A stretch of DNA of 39,117 nucleotides from an uncultured Candidatus Peribacteria bacterium (lineage in GTDB: Bacteria > Patescibacteriota > Gracilibacteria > UBA1369 > PNNO01): the NCBI GenBank assembly GCA_964346325.1, contig CAYFUK010000002.1, positions 1 through 39,117 of the forward strand, given 5' to 3'. Each line of letters starts with the position of its first letter. Position 1 is the stretch's first letter. Made by a program: the position numbers and the translations under genes. The notes beneath the pieces are model-generated. The model was given only the letters and a program-made list of their open reading frames with translations, searched no databases and was not told the DNA's origin. This document shows, one piece after another, positions 26,460 through 35,351 of the stretch.

Positions 26460-28721
26460 TTAAGCGGCCAGTTCTTCTTCAACATATTCCGCTGCGGCAG
26501 ACAAAACCTGTTCAGCCTCTTCCGGTTTTAATCCATTAATTCTTTTGGCTATACTTTTAGCCAATTTTGTTTTTCTTGTATCAAGTTGATCTTTTACTTC
26601 ATTTGTTTTAAGTTTTCTTCCACTTAGGGAATCATGGAATTGTATATCTGAAAGATTCTGATTAGCTCCCGTTGCATCTATTTGCTGTCTTAATTTTCGG
26701 CTTTCAGCTTTGTTTTCCTGCCCGAAACCGGACAAGTCTATATTTCTTACCGCTTTTAATTCACCGTTTTTATCAAGAATTTGTTTACCTTGGCTTTTCT
26801 CGTAAACTTTTTGATGAACCCTTTTATCAAAAGAACCGTCACTTAAGTGGGAAGTCTGCTTGGCTTTATCCTGGACTCCGCTGTTTCTTAATATATTCTC
26901 TTCCTGATCCTGAAGAACTTTTTGTGAAATTTGTATTTGTTTAAGCTCTTCCTGTGCTTTTTCCGATTGAACCTGATTTTCAACAGCCGTTAAAATATCT
27001 TCATCCATTAAACCATCCATTGTTTCCATATCATCTTTTAGTTCTTTTCTCTTTTTTAAACTGTATTCATTATCTGGATGAAGTTTTAATACATAGTTGT
27101 GTTTATCGATACATCTTTCATATTCCCCCTGCGCTTCAAGTTTATCAGCTTCTTCATGAAGTTCATTTATAATTTCCCGGATGTCATCACTCTCAAGTGC
27201 CAAGGGCCTTTCTGTTTTTTCCGTTTCTTCAGTATCTTTTTTTTCTGAATTTTCCTGATCTTCTTTTTTGTTTTTGCTTTCGTAAAGTATTGCCTCTCGA
27301 TATATTTTTAACCTGGCTTTGTGCCCGCGTTCATAAAATGAACCATATCTTTTTTGTGTTTCATTATTCAGTTTTTCAAAATCTTCCAACAGTTCCCGTC
27401 TGACTTTCATCGAAGTTAAAATATTTCTGCATAAATTGCTCCTTTCTGCAAGTGTAATTCCGGTATATAATTCAATATACCGTGATGCTGTTTTTTTACT
27501 TATTGACTTATTTTTAAGCGCTTCTTTAATGGTTTTATCAAAAGGTTTAACAAGTTTTAACTCAGCATTCATTTGATTGAGCATTTGTTCTTTTTCTTCA
27601 AACTTTAATTTTTCCCAGTCCTTTTCATTATATCCTTTTATTTCAACTTTTTTTCTGGTTTCGGGATTTGTTAAGTATAAATTTTTTTTAGCTTTTTTAT
27701 AATCTTTTGTTAATTTTTCTTCCGCTTCAATAGATTTTGGTAATTGTTCAAGCCACATTGCTTTTTGAGCAACATCACTTAAGTTTAAAAAATCAACAAT
27801 AGCAAAACGTTTTGAATTCTGAGACATTATTTCGGGTTTTACAGAATTCACATCTTTTATATATTTCTGTTCGTTTCCCGCGTCCAGTTTTTCCAGGAAT
27901 GTCCGTTTTTCTTTTAAACCGACTTTTAAAAATTTTTCATCATTTTTATATTTGGCGGGAAGCTTATCGTAAATATCAACCAGTTCTTTACGCGGTTTAA
28001 CAATTTCAGCTTCAAAAACCCTGAGCCATCTTTCCTGTTCTTCAACTGTTTGATCCCTGAATTCTTTGAGGTATTGGGTGGGATTGTGAAAAAGCCTCAG
28101 ATGTGCGTTTATTTTGTTTTCATAAGTTTTCTCGTTTTTTTCCATGCTTTCGATTTCTTTCACTTTATCCTTCATTTCGCTTCTTCGAAGTTTAACAACC
28201 TCGGTTTTGTCCATTTTTTCAAGTAGTCTTTTTCTTAATCTGACTCTTTCGGAAATATCGGTATTTATTAAACCGAGTGCCTTTTGTTTTTCTTGATGAG
28301 ATTGTTGAGCAAACCATTCAATATATTCTTTTGCGGTATCAAGTCCGCGTGATTGATCAATTGTGAATGCAGCTTCTTTGTTAGACATTACTTTATCGGT
28401 ATAACCTTCAACCATACCTTTGATTTGCCCCTGCTGCTGTTCAAATTCTTGTTTTAGTTGCTGCATTTCTTTAGTTGAAATCGTTTTTCGTTCTGCTTCC
28501 TGAAGTCGTTTTTCCCATTGTCTTTTATCCTCATCCGTAAAAATATTACTATCAGCCAGTTTTGCTTTTAGCTTTGATTGTTCTTGCATAACTTGTTGTG
28601 CTTCCTTTGTGTCTTCGTAAGTTCTATCTAATGTACCATTCGCAGCTAGATCCACGTTTTCGGGCTTGTCAATATCTCCTAAGAAGGTCAGCTTTGATTC
28701 AACAAAAAAGATCTTTTTCAT
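26460..28721 (-). CDS. Large Lys/Glu/Gln-rich helical-repeat (coiled-coil) protein, function unknown; no signal peptide or TM segment
   Basis: Uninterrupted 2.26-kb ORF, with ATG at 28721 (MKKIFF) or 28730. It has charged heptad-like composition throughout, a recurring F-x3-[ST]-x2-[EA]-[QKR]-x2-W-L module and a TPR-like stretch QGEYERCIDKHNYVLKLHPDNEYSLKK. Confidence 0.75.
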   Translation of the reverse strand: MKKIFFVESKLTFLGDIDKPENVDLAANGTLDRTYEDTKEAQQVMQEQSKLKAKLADSNIFTDEDKRQWEKRLQEAERKTISTKEMQQLKQEFEQQQGQIKGMVEGYTDKVMSNKEAAFTIDQSRGLDTAKEYIEWFAQQSHQEKQKALGLINTDISERVRLRKRLLEKMDKTEVVKLRRSEMKDKVKEIESMEKNEKTYENKINAHLRLFHNPTQYLKEFRDQTVEEQERWLRVFEAEIVKPRKELVDIYDKLPAKYKNDEKFLKVGLKEKRTFLEKLDAGNEQKYIKDVNSVKPEIMSQNSKRFAIVDFLNLSDVAQKAMWLEQLPKSIEAEEKLTKDYKKAKKNLYLTNPETRKKVEIKGYNEKDWEKLKFEEKEQMLNQMNAELKLVKPFDKTIKEALKNKSISKKTASRYIELYTGITLAERSNLCRNILTSMKVRRELLEDFEKLNNETQKRYGSFYERGHKARLKIYREAILYESKNKKEDQENSEKKDTEETEKTERPLALESDDIREIINELHEEADKLEAQGEYERCIDKHNYVLKLHPDNEYSLKKRKELKDDMETMDGLMDEDILTAVENQVQSEKAQEELKQIQISQKVLQDQEENILRNSGVQDKAKQTSHLSDGSFDKRVHQKVYEKSQGKQILDKNGELKAVRNIDLSGFGQENKAESRKLRQQIDATGANQNLSDIQFHDSLSGRKLKTNEVKDQLDTRKTKLAKSIAKRINGLKPEEAEQVLSAAAEYVEEELAA

Positions 28722-28754
28722 TATTATCATTATTTATTTATGTATGTGCGGATA

Positions 28755-31217
28755 TTATATTGAACACGCTGAGAATCCGCAAGATAAACAAAGCATACAT
28801 CCTTCACCGATTTGAAGCCTTGTATTGCATTCAGGACAAACCTTTCCTTCCATAATTTCCCGTTTGCTGAGAACTTTTTCTTCAACAGCAACGCCTGCCG
28901 AGCCAACGGCTTTATGTTCTCTCGAAGGCTGAATGGGCGGTAGTGTAAATTCTTCAGCTATTATAGTATCGTTATTATCATAGCTTGCGGAAATTTGTGT
29001 TTGATCGGAATTGCCTTCGGTATTTTCATCAGGTGATACAATCGGAAGACTTACCTCCCGTGCTGATGGTTCTTTTATTGAACCGTTGTTTCTTTCATGG
29101 TTAACATCAGGTTTTTTTGGCTCGCTATTTTTCGGAGATTCAGAGTCTTTTTCAGTTTCCTTTTTTTCCTGATTTACCTTTCCGATATTTAGTACCTGTG
29201 ATTCACGGCTTTTGTCTCTGTAAATAGTCACACCTTTGCAACCAAGCCCGAAAGCAAGTTTGTATGCATCTTCAATATCCTGTATTTGTGCATGAGATGG
29301 GAAGTTGATAGTTTTTGAAACAGAAGAATCAACATGTTTCTGAAAAGCCGCCTGCATTTTTATATGCCATTCCGGTTTTATATCCTGTGCAGTAACAAAT
29401 ATATCCTTTACATCCCGGGGAACTTCATCAAAATCCTGAACCGACCCTACTTTTGCTATTTCTCTCATCAAATCTTTAGAAAAGAAGCCTCTTTCTCTGG
29501 CTATTTTTTCAAAAAATTTATTTGTATAAACAAGCTCGGTACCATCCATTACATTTTTGATAAATGATATTGCAAAGTTTGGTTCCAGTCCTCCCGAAGC
29601 TTCAGCCAGCATTCCGATTGTTCCCGTTGGTGCGACCGTCGTAACACAGGTGTTTCTCATTTTGATTCCGTTTTTTTCATGTACGGAACCTTCGTATGCA
29701 GGGAATGTGCCTCGTATTTCCGCTAAAATTTGTGATTTTTTTTGTGCTTCATCATTAATGAATTTCATTATTTTTTCTCCAAAGGATATTCCTTCATCAG
29801 AATCATATTTTATACCAAGCTGATAACAAACATCCGCAAATCCCATTAATCCGAGGCCTATTTTCCTTGTTTTGCGGGTCATATCAGCAATTTTTTGTAT
29901 GGGATAATGATTCACATCAATGACATTATCCAAAAAGTGTGTTGCAAGATGAACAACCTCTCTGAACCTTTCCCAGTCAAGATCGGATTTGTCTTCCAGG
30001 ACAAACTTATTTACATTTATTGAACCTAAATTACAGCTTTCATGACCAAGTAACGGTTGTTCACCGCATGGATTTGTCGCTTCAATATCTCCCAAATGAG
30101 GACATGTATTGTTTCTGTTGATTTCATCGATAAAGATCAAGCCCGGATCACCATTCTTCCATGCATTTGAAAGAATAATATCCCAAACCATTCTTGCCTT
30201 TAATTTTTTAATCGGTTTTTGATCCCTTGGATTAATAATTTCATATTCCGTGTCCTGTTCAAGTGCTTCCATAAATTTATCCGTAACTGCAACAGATATG
30301 TTGAAATTCTGAAGAGTTTTCATGTCAGCTTTCATCTGAATAAAATCAAAAATATCCGGATGATCGATACGAAGTATGCCCATATTTGCTCCCCGTCGTT
30401 TTCCGCCCTGCTTAATTACATCAGTTGCCGCATCAAAAACCTTCATGAATGATACGGGACCGCTTGAAACACCGGTTGTTGAATGAACTATATCGTTGGA
30501 AGGTCTCAGTCTTGAAAATGAAAATCCTGTTCCGCCTCCGCTTTTGTGAATTAAAGCGGCATCTTTTAAAGATTCAAATATTCCTTCCATGGAATCTTCA
30601 ACCGGTAGCACAAAACAAGCAGAAAGCTGCCCCAGTTCGGTTCCCGCATTCATTAAAGTAGGGGAGTTGGGCATGAATTCGAGATTTTTCATTATATTTA
30701 AAAATTTTTCTTCCATTTCTTTTTCATTGCCTCCTTCATAATTTTCTTCGGCTTTCGCAACTGCTCCGGCTACTCTTTTCAACAAATCTTCGGGTGTTTC
30801 CATAACATTACCTCCATCATCTTTAAGAAGATATCGTTTTTCCAACACTTTAAGTGCGTTTGTTGAAAAGTTTAACGAAGAGTCTCCCTTACCTTTACCT
30901 AAGATCGCTTCTTTTTCTTCACGTTCATCGGCTCTTTTCTGCCTCCATAAAATATAGGCTTTTGCTGTTTTTGCATGTCCGCCTTCAATAAGTATTTTTT
31001 CAACCAGATCCTGTATTTGTTCCACTGTTGGAATTTCTTCCGCATTTTTGAAGAAAACTTCCAGTACGGCGGATACCTGGTTTGATATCTTTTGTGATTC
31101 TTCGATATTGCCGCCTCCTACAGATTGAGCGGCTTTCCAGATAGCTTGGGTGATTCTGTCTTGATCAAAATCAACTATGCGGCCATCGCGTTTTTGGATT
31201 TTTTTGATTGGGGACAT
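28755..31217 (-). CDS. nrdJ: Adenosylcobalamin-dependent (class II) ribonucleotide reductase with an N-terminal ATP-cone and a C-terminal Cys-rich zinc-ribbon tail
   Basis: ATP-cone IKKIQKRDGRIVDFDQDRITQAIWKAAQ. Catalytic core NSPTLMNAG...LSACFVL...GGGTGFSFSRLRP...ATNPCGEQPLLGHESCNLGSIN...TVAPTGT. Tail CPECNTRLQIGEGCMLCLSCGFSACSI. Confidence 0.95.
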   Translation of the reverse strand: MSPIKKIQKRDGRIVDFDQDRITQAIWKAAQSVGGGNIEESQKISNQVSAVLEVFFKNAEEIPTVEQIQDLVEKILIEGGHAKTAKAYILWRQKRADEREEKEAILGKGKGDSSLNFSTNALKVLEKRYLLKDDGGNVMETPEDLLKRVAGAVAKAEENYEGGNEKEMEEKFLNIMKNLEFMPNSPTLMNAGTELGQLSACFVLPVEDSMEGIFESLKDAALIHKSGGGTGFSFSRLRPSNDIVHSTTGVSSGPVSFMKVFDAATDVIKQGGKRRGANMGILRIDHPDIFDFIQMKADMKTLQNFNISVAVTDKFMEALEQDTEYEIINPRDQKPIKKLKARMVWDIILSNAWKNGDPGLIFIDEINRNNTCPHLGDIEATNPCGEQPLLGHESCNLGSINVNKFVLEDKSDLDWERFREVVHLATHFLDNVIDVNHYPIQKIADMTRKTRKIGLGLMGFADVCYQLGIKYDSDEGISFGEKIMKFINDEAQKKSQILAEIRGTFPAYEGSVHEKNGIKMRNTCVTTVAPTGTIGMLAEASGGLEPNFAISFIKNVMDGTELVYTNKFFEKIARERGFFSKDLMREIAKVGSVQDFDEVPRDVKDIFVTAQDIKPEWHIKMQAAFQKHVDSSVSKTINFPSHAQIQDIEDAYKLAFGLGCKGVTIYRDKSRESQVLNIGKVNQEKKETEKDSESPKNSEPKKPDVNHERNNGSIKEPSAREVSLPIVSPDENTEGNSDQTQISASYDNNDTIIAEEFTLPPIQPSREHKAVGSAGVAVEEKVLSKREIMEGKVCPECNTRLQIGEGCMLCLSCGFSACSI

Positions 31218-31409
31218 GACTGGTAATAATTAATGAGTAAAGAATACAGACAAGGTCTTTTAAAAGACCCTGAATTTATAAAGCCGCTAGAAAAGCTTGA
31301 AGCTGATTTTATGGTTGGGCTGTTTTTGAGCGCATTTGAATTACAACTCGAATATATTCTTAAGACTTATTGAATGCAATATTAAAATATAAGTTCAAGT
31401 TGCTAGAAT

Positions 31410-31457
31410 CTTGCATATATAGTGTATATTATCTTGCGATAGTACCATATATAGTCA
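31410..31457 (-). promoter_or_regulatory. Candidate tandem NrdR boxes upstream of nrdJ
   Basis: Minus strand reads acACTATATATGcaag (31410-31425) and tgACTATATATGgtac (31442-31457). Each matches about 11/16 positions of the NrdR-box consensus acaCwAtATaTwGtgt as I recall it. The boxes are exactly 32 bp apart, centre to centre. Confidence 0.45.
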
Positions 31458-31701
31458 TGCGTTGGACAATCTTTTTTATAAGCCCAGTTGTTTATTAAAA
31501 AGAAGAATATATATAGCGGTATGTATAAATAATTTGTACAGCAAAAGAAAGTATATGTATGATTTATATTTATTTAATAAGCAAAATTGAAAGAATTTGA
31601 AAAACAATTTAGTTATTAAACAAAATATTGTTGAGTCAACGGGTATGATTTGAAAATAACATTTTCCTTTTAAGTCAGCCATAAAAAGATGTGCACTTAT
31701 T

Positions 31702-32214
31702 TTAAAGTGCTTTTGCTATTTTTTTGCCGAATTTGGATGAGGATTTCGGTCCGTCTGCAGTAATAATATTTTCGTCAATTTCAACTTTTGCACCTGAATA
31801 GTTAGCACCGAAATCTTCGAGGTCTTTTGCGTTCCCATCCCAGCATGTTGCTTTTTTGTCAGTCATTATGCCTGCGTAGCCCAGTATTAAAGGAGCTATA
31901 CATATTGCTGCAACAATTTTGCCTTCATTATAATATTTTTTAGCAAGATCAAGAGCGGTTTGATTTTTAAAGTAAATTTTTGCACCGCCTCCTCCTACAA
32001 ATACTATTCCATCAAATTCCTCAGTGACTTCAGGAAGCATCATATCAACTTTAACTTCTTTTTTATCAATTCCGCTGATCGCCGGATTTGTAATCGAAGC
32101 AACATTTACTTCAACTCCTTTTTTTTCAAGGGCTGCGCGTGTTTCCATATATTCTTCATCTCTGAAATTTTCCGGTGCAATTATCATTACTACTCTTTTA
32201 GTGCTTAGATCCAT
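31702..32214 (-). CDS. DJ-1/PfpI family protein (class I glutamine amidotransferase-like)
   Basis: 170 aa with FDGIVFVGGGGA and the nucleophile-elbow AAICIAP, typical of the PfpI/DJ-1 fold. Confidence 0.88.
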   Translation of the reverse strand: MDLSTKRVVMIIAPENFRDEEYMETRAALEKKGVEVNVASITNPAISGIDKKEVKVDMMLPEVTEEFDGIVFVGGGGAKIYFKNQTALDLAKKYYNEGKIVAAICIAPLILGYAGIMTDKKATCWDGNAKDLEDFGANYSGAKVEIDENIITADGPKSSSKFGKKIAKAL

Positions 32215-32279
32215 AATTATTAATGTTAATTATTAAGTATTAATATGGTACAATGTAAAATAGCTTTTATCCACAATAA

Positions 32280-33626
32280 ATGAATAAAAACAATAAGAAA
32301 AAGTTTGACCTCAAATTTCCAAAAGATTTTATGTGGGGAACCGCTATGTCGGCGCATCAGGTTGAAGGCGGAAATATTAATAATGATTGGTGGGCATGGG
32401 AGCAGGAAGGTAATGTTTTAAACAGGCAGATATCAAATGATGCGTGTAATCATTATGAGCTTTATAAAAAAGATTTTGAAATGATGAAGAATATGCATCA
32501 TAACACTCACAGGCTTTCTATAGAATGGAGCAGAATAGAACCCAAAGAAGGGATTTTTGACAAATGGCAGATAAAACATTACAGAAAAGTACTTGAGGAT
32601 TTGCATAAAAAAGGAATAAAACCCGTTGTGACTTTGTGGCATTTTACTTTGCCACACTGGTTTGCCGAGCAGGGAGGATTTTTGCAAAAAAACGGGCGTC
32701 AAAAGTTTAACAGATACGTTAAACGCATTGTTAATGAACTCGGTGATTTGGTAGATACATGGGTTACAATAAACGAACCTTTTGTTTATGCCAATTTCGG
32801 ATACCATGAAGGCCAGTGGCCGCCGGGTGAAAAGAGTATATTTAAAATGTTAAAAGTTTTAAAAGTGCTTTTGCGTATTCATATAGATACCTACCAGACA
32901 ATAAAAAAAATATATAAGCAAGAAGGCTGGAATAATCCAATGATTGGTTTTGCCAAGAGTTTTATATGGTTTGATCCTTATAAAAAATCAAGCATATTCA
33001 GCAAGTTGCTTTCTGAATTATATCGTTATTTTTACAACAAGTTATATTTCAGACCTTTTTATAGCGGAAGATTTCCATTGTTGCTGGGGTACGGCAAAAT
33101 CCGCGACGCCAAAAATAGTCTGGATTTTATAGGAATCAATTATTATTTCAGATGTGAATGTAAGCTGTCGGCAATAAGATCACCTCTGCATTTCAGGATG
33201 CACGTTTCTCCCGACACAGAGACCTCTCTTTTTAACTGGGAAGTTTTTCCGGAAGGGCTTTATCATTTAACAAAACTTGTATACCGAAAATTAAAAAAAC
33301 CTATTTTAATAACTGAAAACGGTATTTCAACACTTGACGATACTCAAAGAATTTCTTATATAATCAGACATCTTGATGCAATTAATCGTGCAATGCGCGA
33401 CGGCGCCGAAGTTATGGGTTACCTGTATTGGTCGTTTATTGATAACTTTGAGTGGGCCGAAGGCTTTACCCAGCCATTCGGACTTGTTGCATTTAATCAC
33501 AGAACTTTTAAAAGAATTCCAAAATCGTCCGCGCAGGTTTACAGTGAAATTTGTAAAACCGGAAACGTTACAGAGGCAATGATAAAAAAATATGCAAAAA
33601 ATATACGTGACAGAATATTACGTTAA
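32280..33626 (+). CDS. Glycoside hydrolase family 1 beta-glucosidase/beta-galactosidase
   Basis: FPKDFMWGTAMSAHQVEGG, HRLSIEWSRIEP, acid/base WVTINEP, nucleophile ILITENG and WSFIDNFEW. Confidence 0.93.
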   Translation: MNKNNKKKFDLKFPKDFMWGTAMSAHQVEGGNINNDWWAWEQEGNVLNRQISNDACNHYELYKKDFEMMKNMHHNTHRLSIEWSRIEPKEGIFDKWQIKHYRKVLEDLHKKGIKPVVTLWHFTLPHWFAEQGGFLQKNGRQKFNRYVKRIVNELGDLVDTWVTINEPFVYANFGYHEGQWPPGEKSIFKMLKVLKVLLRIHIDTYQTIKKIYKQEGWNNPMIGFAKSFIWFDPYKKSSIFSKLLSELYRYFYNKLYFRPFYSGRFPLLLGYGKIRDAKNSLDFIGINYYFRCECKLSAIRSPLHFRMHVSPDTETSLFNWEVFPEGLYHLTKLVYRKLKKPILITENGISTLDDTQRISYIIRHLDAINRAMRDGAEVMGYLYWSFIDNFEWAEGFTQPFGLVAFNHRTFKRIPKSSAQVYSEICKTGNVTEAMIKKYAKNIRDRILR

Positions 33627-33653
33627 CCAAAAAAAATGAATGAATTTCGGTTT

Positions 33654-35309
33654 TTATTCCAGAACCGCTCCTTTGCTTGCGTTGGTTACTAACCTTGCAT
33701 ATCGGTTTAAGTAACCATTGTGTATTTTGGGTTCGAATTCGGGAAGGCCGTTAATACGTTTGGTAAGTTCTTCATGCGAAATTTTAACTTCAAGTTTATG
33801 ATCTGGTATGTCATAGCTTATTATGTCGCCGTTTCTTAGTGCGGCAACAGGTCCGTTTTCAGCAGCTTCGGGAGATACATGACCTATACACGCTCCTCTT
33901 GTTCCGCCTGAAAATCTGCCGTCAGTTAAAAGAGCAACTTTTTTTCCAAGCCCCATACCCATAATATTAGCTGTCGGCGCCAGCATTTCAGGCATTCCGG
34001 GGCCGCCTTTCGGCCCTTCGTATCTTATAACAACCACATCTCCTTCTTTTACATCTCCATTAAGAATCCCGTCACATGCCGCTTTCTGTGAATTAAAAAT
34101 AACCGCGGGGCCTTCAAATTTTATTAATTCTTTATCAACACCTCCGGATTTAACTATTGCTCCGTCAGGCGCCAGATTTCCGAAAAGCATGGTTAAACCG
34201 CCTGTTTTTGAATGGGGATTTGAAACCGATCGGATTATATCGGAATTTTTAACTTCAGCATCTTTAACAATTTCTCCGAGTTTTTTTGTGGTAACTGTCT
34301 TTTGTTCCAGATCCGGCAAATCTCCGAGTTCCTTTATTATAGCGCTTATTCCTCCGGCATTATGCACATCTTCAATATGCACGTTCTGGTCGGAAGGGCT
34401 TACTTTGCATATATAAGGTGTGGAATCCGACAGTTCATTTATTCTTTCGAGAGGATAATCAATTCCCGCTTCGTGTGCTATTGCAAGAGTATGAAGAACA
34501 GTATTTGTTGACCCTCCGAAAGCCATATCAAGTTTAAATGCATTATCAATTGATGCATGATTCAAAAAATCGCTCGGTTTAAAGTCTTCCCGTATAAGTT
34601 TGATAATTTGTTTACCCGCATTCTCCGCCAACTCTTTGCGCTCTTTTGAAGTTGCAAGTATTGTTCCGTTCCCCGGCAAGCCAAGTCCCAGGACTTCGCT
34701 TAAACAGTTCATTGAGTTTGCAGTAAACATACCCGCACAACTGCCGCAGCCCGGGCATGCGTTGATTTCAATTTCATGCAGTTCATCATCGTTGATAGAG
34801 CCGCTTTTATATTTACCAACACTTTCAAACGCACTTACAAGATCAATGCTTTTCTCTTTAATTTTTCCGGCTTTCATCGGACCTCCGCTTAAAATAAGGC
34901 TTGGAATATTTGTTCTCACCATTGCCATCATCATTCCCGGAACAATTTTATCGCAGCTTCCTATGCAAACCATTCCATCCAAGCGATGTGCCTCTACAAC
35001 CGTTTCAATGGAATCACAAATAAGCTCGCGAGAGGGCAGGGAATAGTGCATTCCGATATGTCCCATTGCAATTCCGTCATCAACGCCGATTACATTGAAT
35101 TCAAAAGGAACACCTCCCGCTTCCCAAACAGCTTCCTTTACTATTTGACCGATTTTATTCAAATGAATGTGTCCGGGTACAATATCAATATAAGAATTAG
35201 CAATTCCTATAAAGGGCTTATTGAAATCTTTATCTTTCAAACCGCATGCGCGAAGCAGCGACCGATGAGGAGTTCTTTCGAACCCTTTTTTAACTTCATC
35301 TGAACGCAT
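33654..35309 (-). CDS. ilvD: Dihydroxy-acid dehydratase (IlvD/Edd family, short ~550-aa form)
   Basis: [66 protein letters not shown] and HVSPEAA. Confidence 0.93.
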   Translation of the reverse strand: MRSDEVKKGFERTPHRSLLRACGLKDKDFNKPFIGIANSYIDIVPGHIHLNKIGQIVKEAVWEAGGVPFEFNVIGVDDGIAMGHIGMHYSLPSRELICDSIETVVEAHRLDGMVCIGSCDKIVPGMMMAMVRTNIPSLILSGGPMKAGKIKEKSIDLVSAFESVGKYKSGSINDDELHEIEINACPGCGSCAGMFTANSMNCLSEVLGLGLPGNGTILATSKERKELAENAGKQIIKLIREDFKPSDFLNHASIDNAFKLDMAFGGSTNTVLHTLAIAHEAGIDYPLERINELSDSTPYICKVSPSDQNVHIEDVHNAGGISAIIKELGDLPDLEQKTVTTKKLGEIVKDAEVKNSDIIRSVSNPHSKTGGLTMLFGNLAPDGAIVKSGGVDKELIKFEGPAVIFNSQKAACDGILNGDVKEGDVVVIRYEGPKGGPGMPEMLAPTANIMGMGLGKKVALLTDGRFSGGTRGACIGHVSPEAAENGPVAALRNGDIISYDIPDHKLEVKISHEELTKRINGLPEFEPKIHNGYLNRYARLVTNASKGAVLE

Positions 35310-35351
35310 ATTTAAAAACGTTATTTATACGTTGTTTAAGTTTAACGCAAT

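Noticed and set aside
28755-31217. Intein in NrdJ (820 aa) or in DnaK
   Set aside because: The conserved catalytic blocks are contiguous. The extra length is accounted for by the N-terminal ATP-cone and the low-complexity C-terminal linker, and no intein splicing or homing-endonuclease motifs are present.
31218-31410. Cobalamin riboswitch in the nrdJ leader
   Set aside because: It would be plausible because NrdJ is B12-dependent, but I could not find a B12-box-like element (rAGYCMGgAgaCCkGCc) or the GC-rich helices typical of the class. B12 riboswitches usually repress B12-independent isozymes instead. An Infernal scan would settle it.
31476-31682. 68-aa minus-strand ORF in the AT-rich spacer between the DJ-1 gene and the nrdJ promoter region
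   Set aside because: Its translation (MADLKGKCYFQIIPVDSTIFCLITKLFFKFFQFCLLNKYKSYIYFLLLYKLF...) is what AT-rich non-coding DNA yields, and there is no ribosome-binding site. The ~240-bp spacer remains unexplained, and I cannot show it encodes a protein or a structured RNA.
31693-31710. Hairpin GCACTT-N6-AAGTGC spanning the DJ-1 gene stop codon, as a terminator
   Set aside because: The stem is only 6 bp and AT-rich, and it overlaps the coding sequence. On the minus strand it is followed by acaTCTTTTTa, so it could be a weak terminator, but the support is too thin to annotate.
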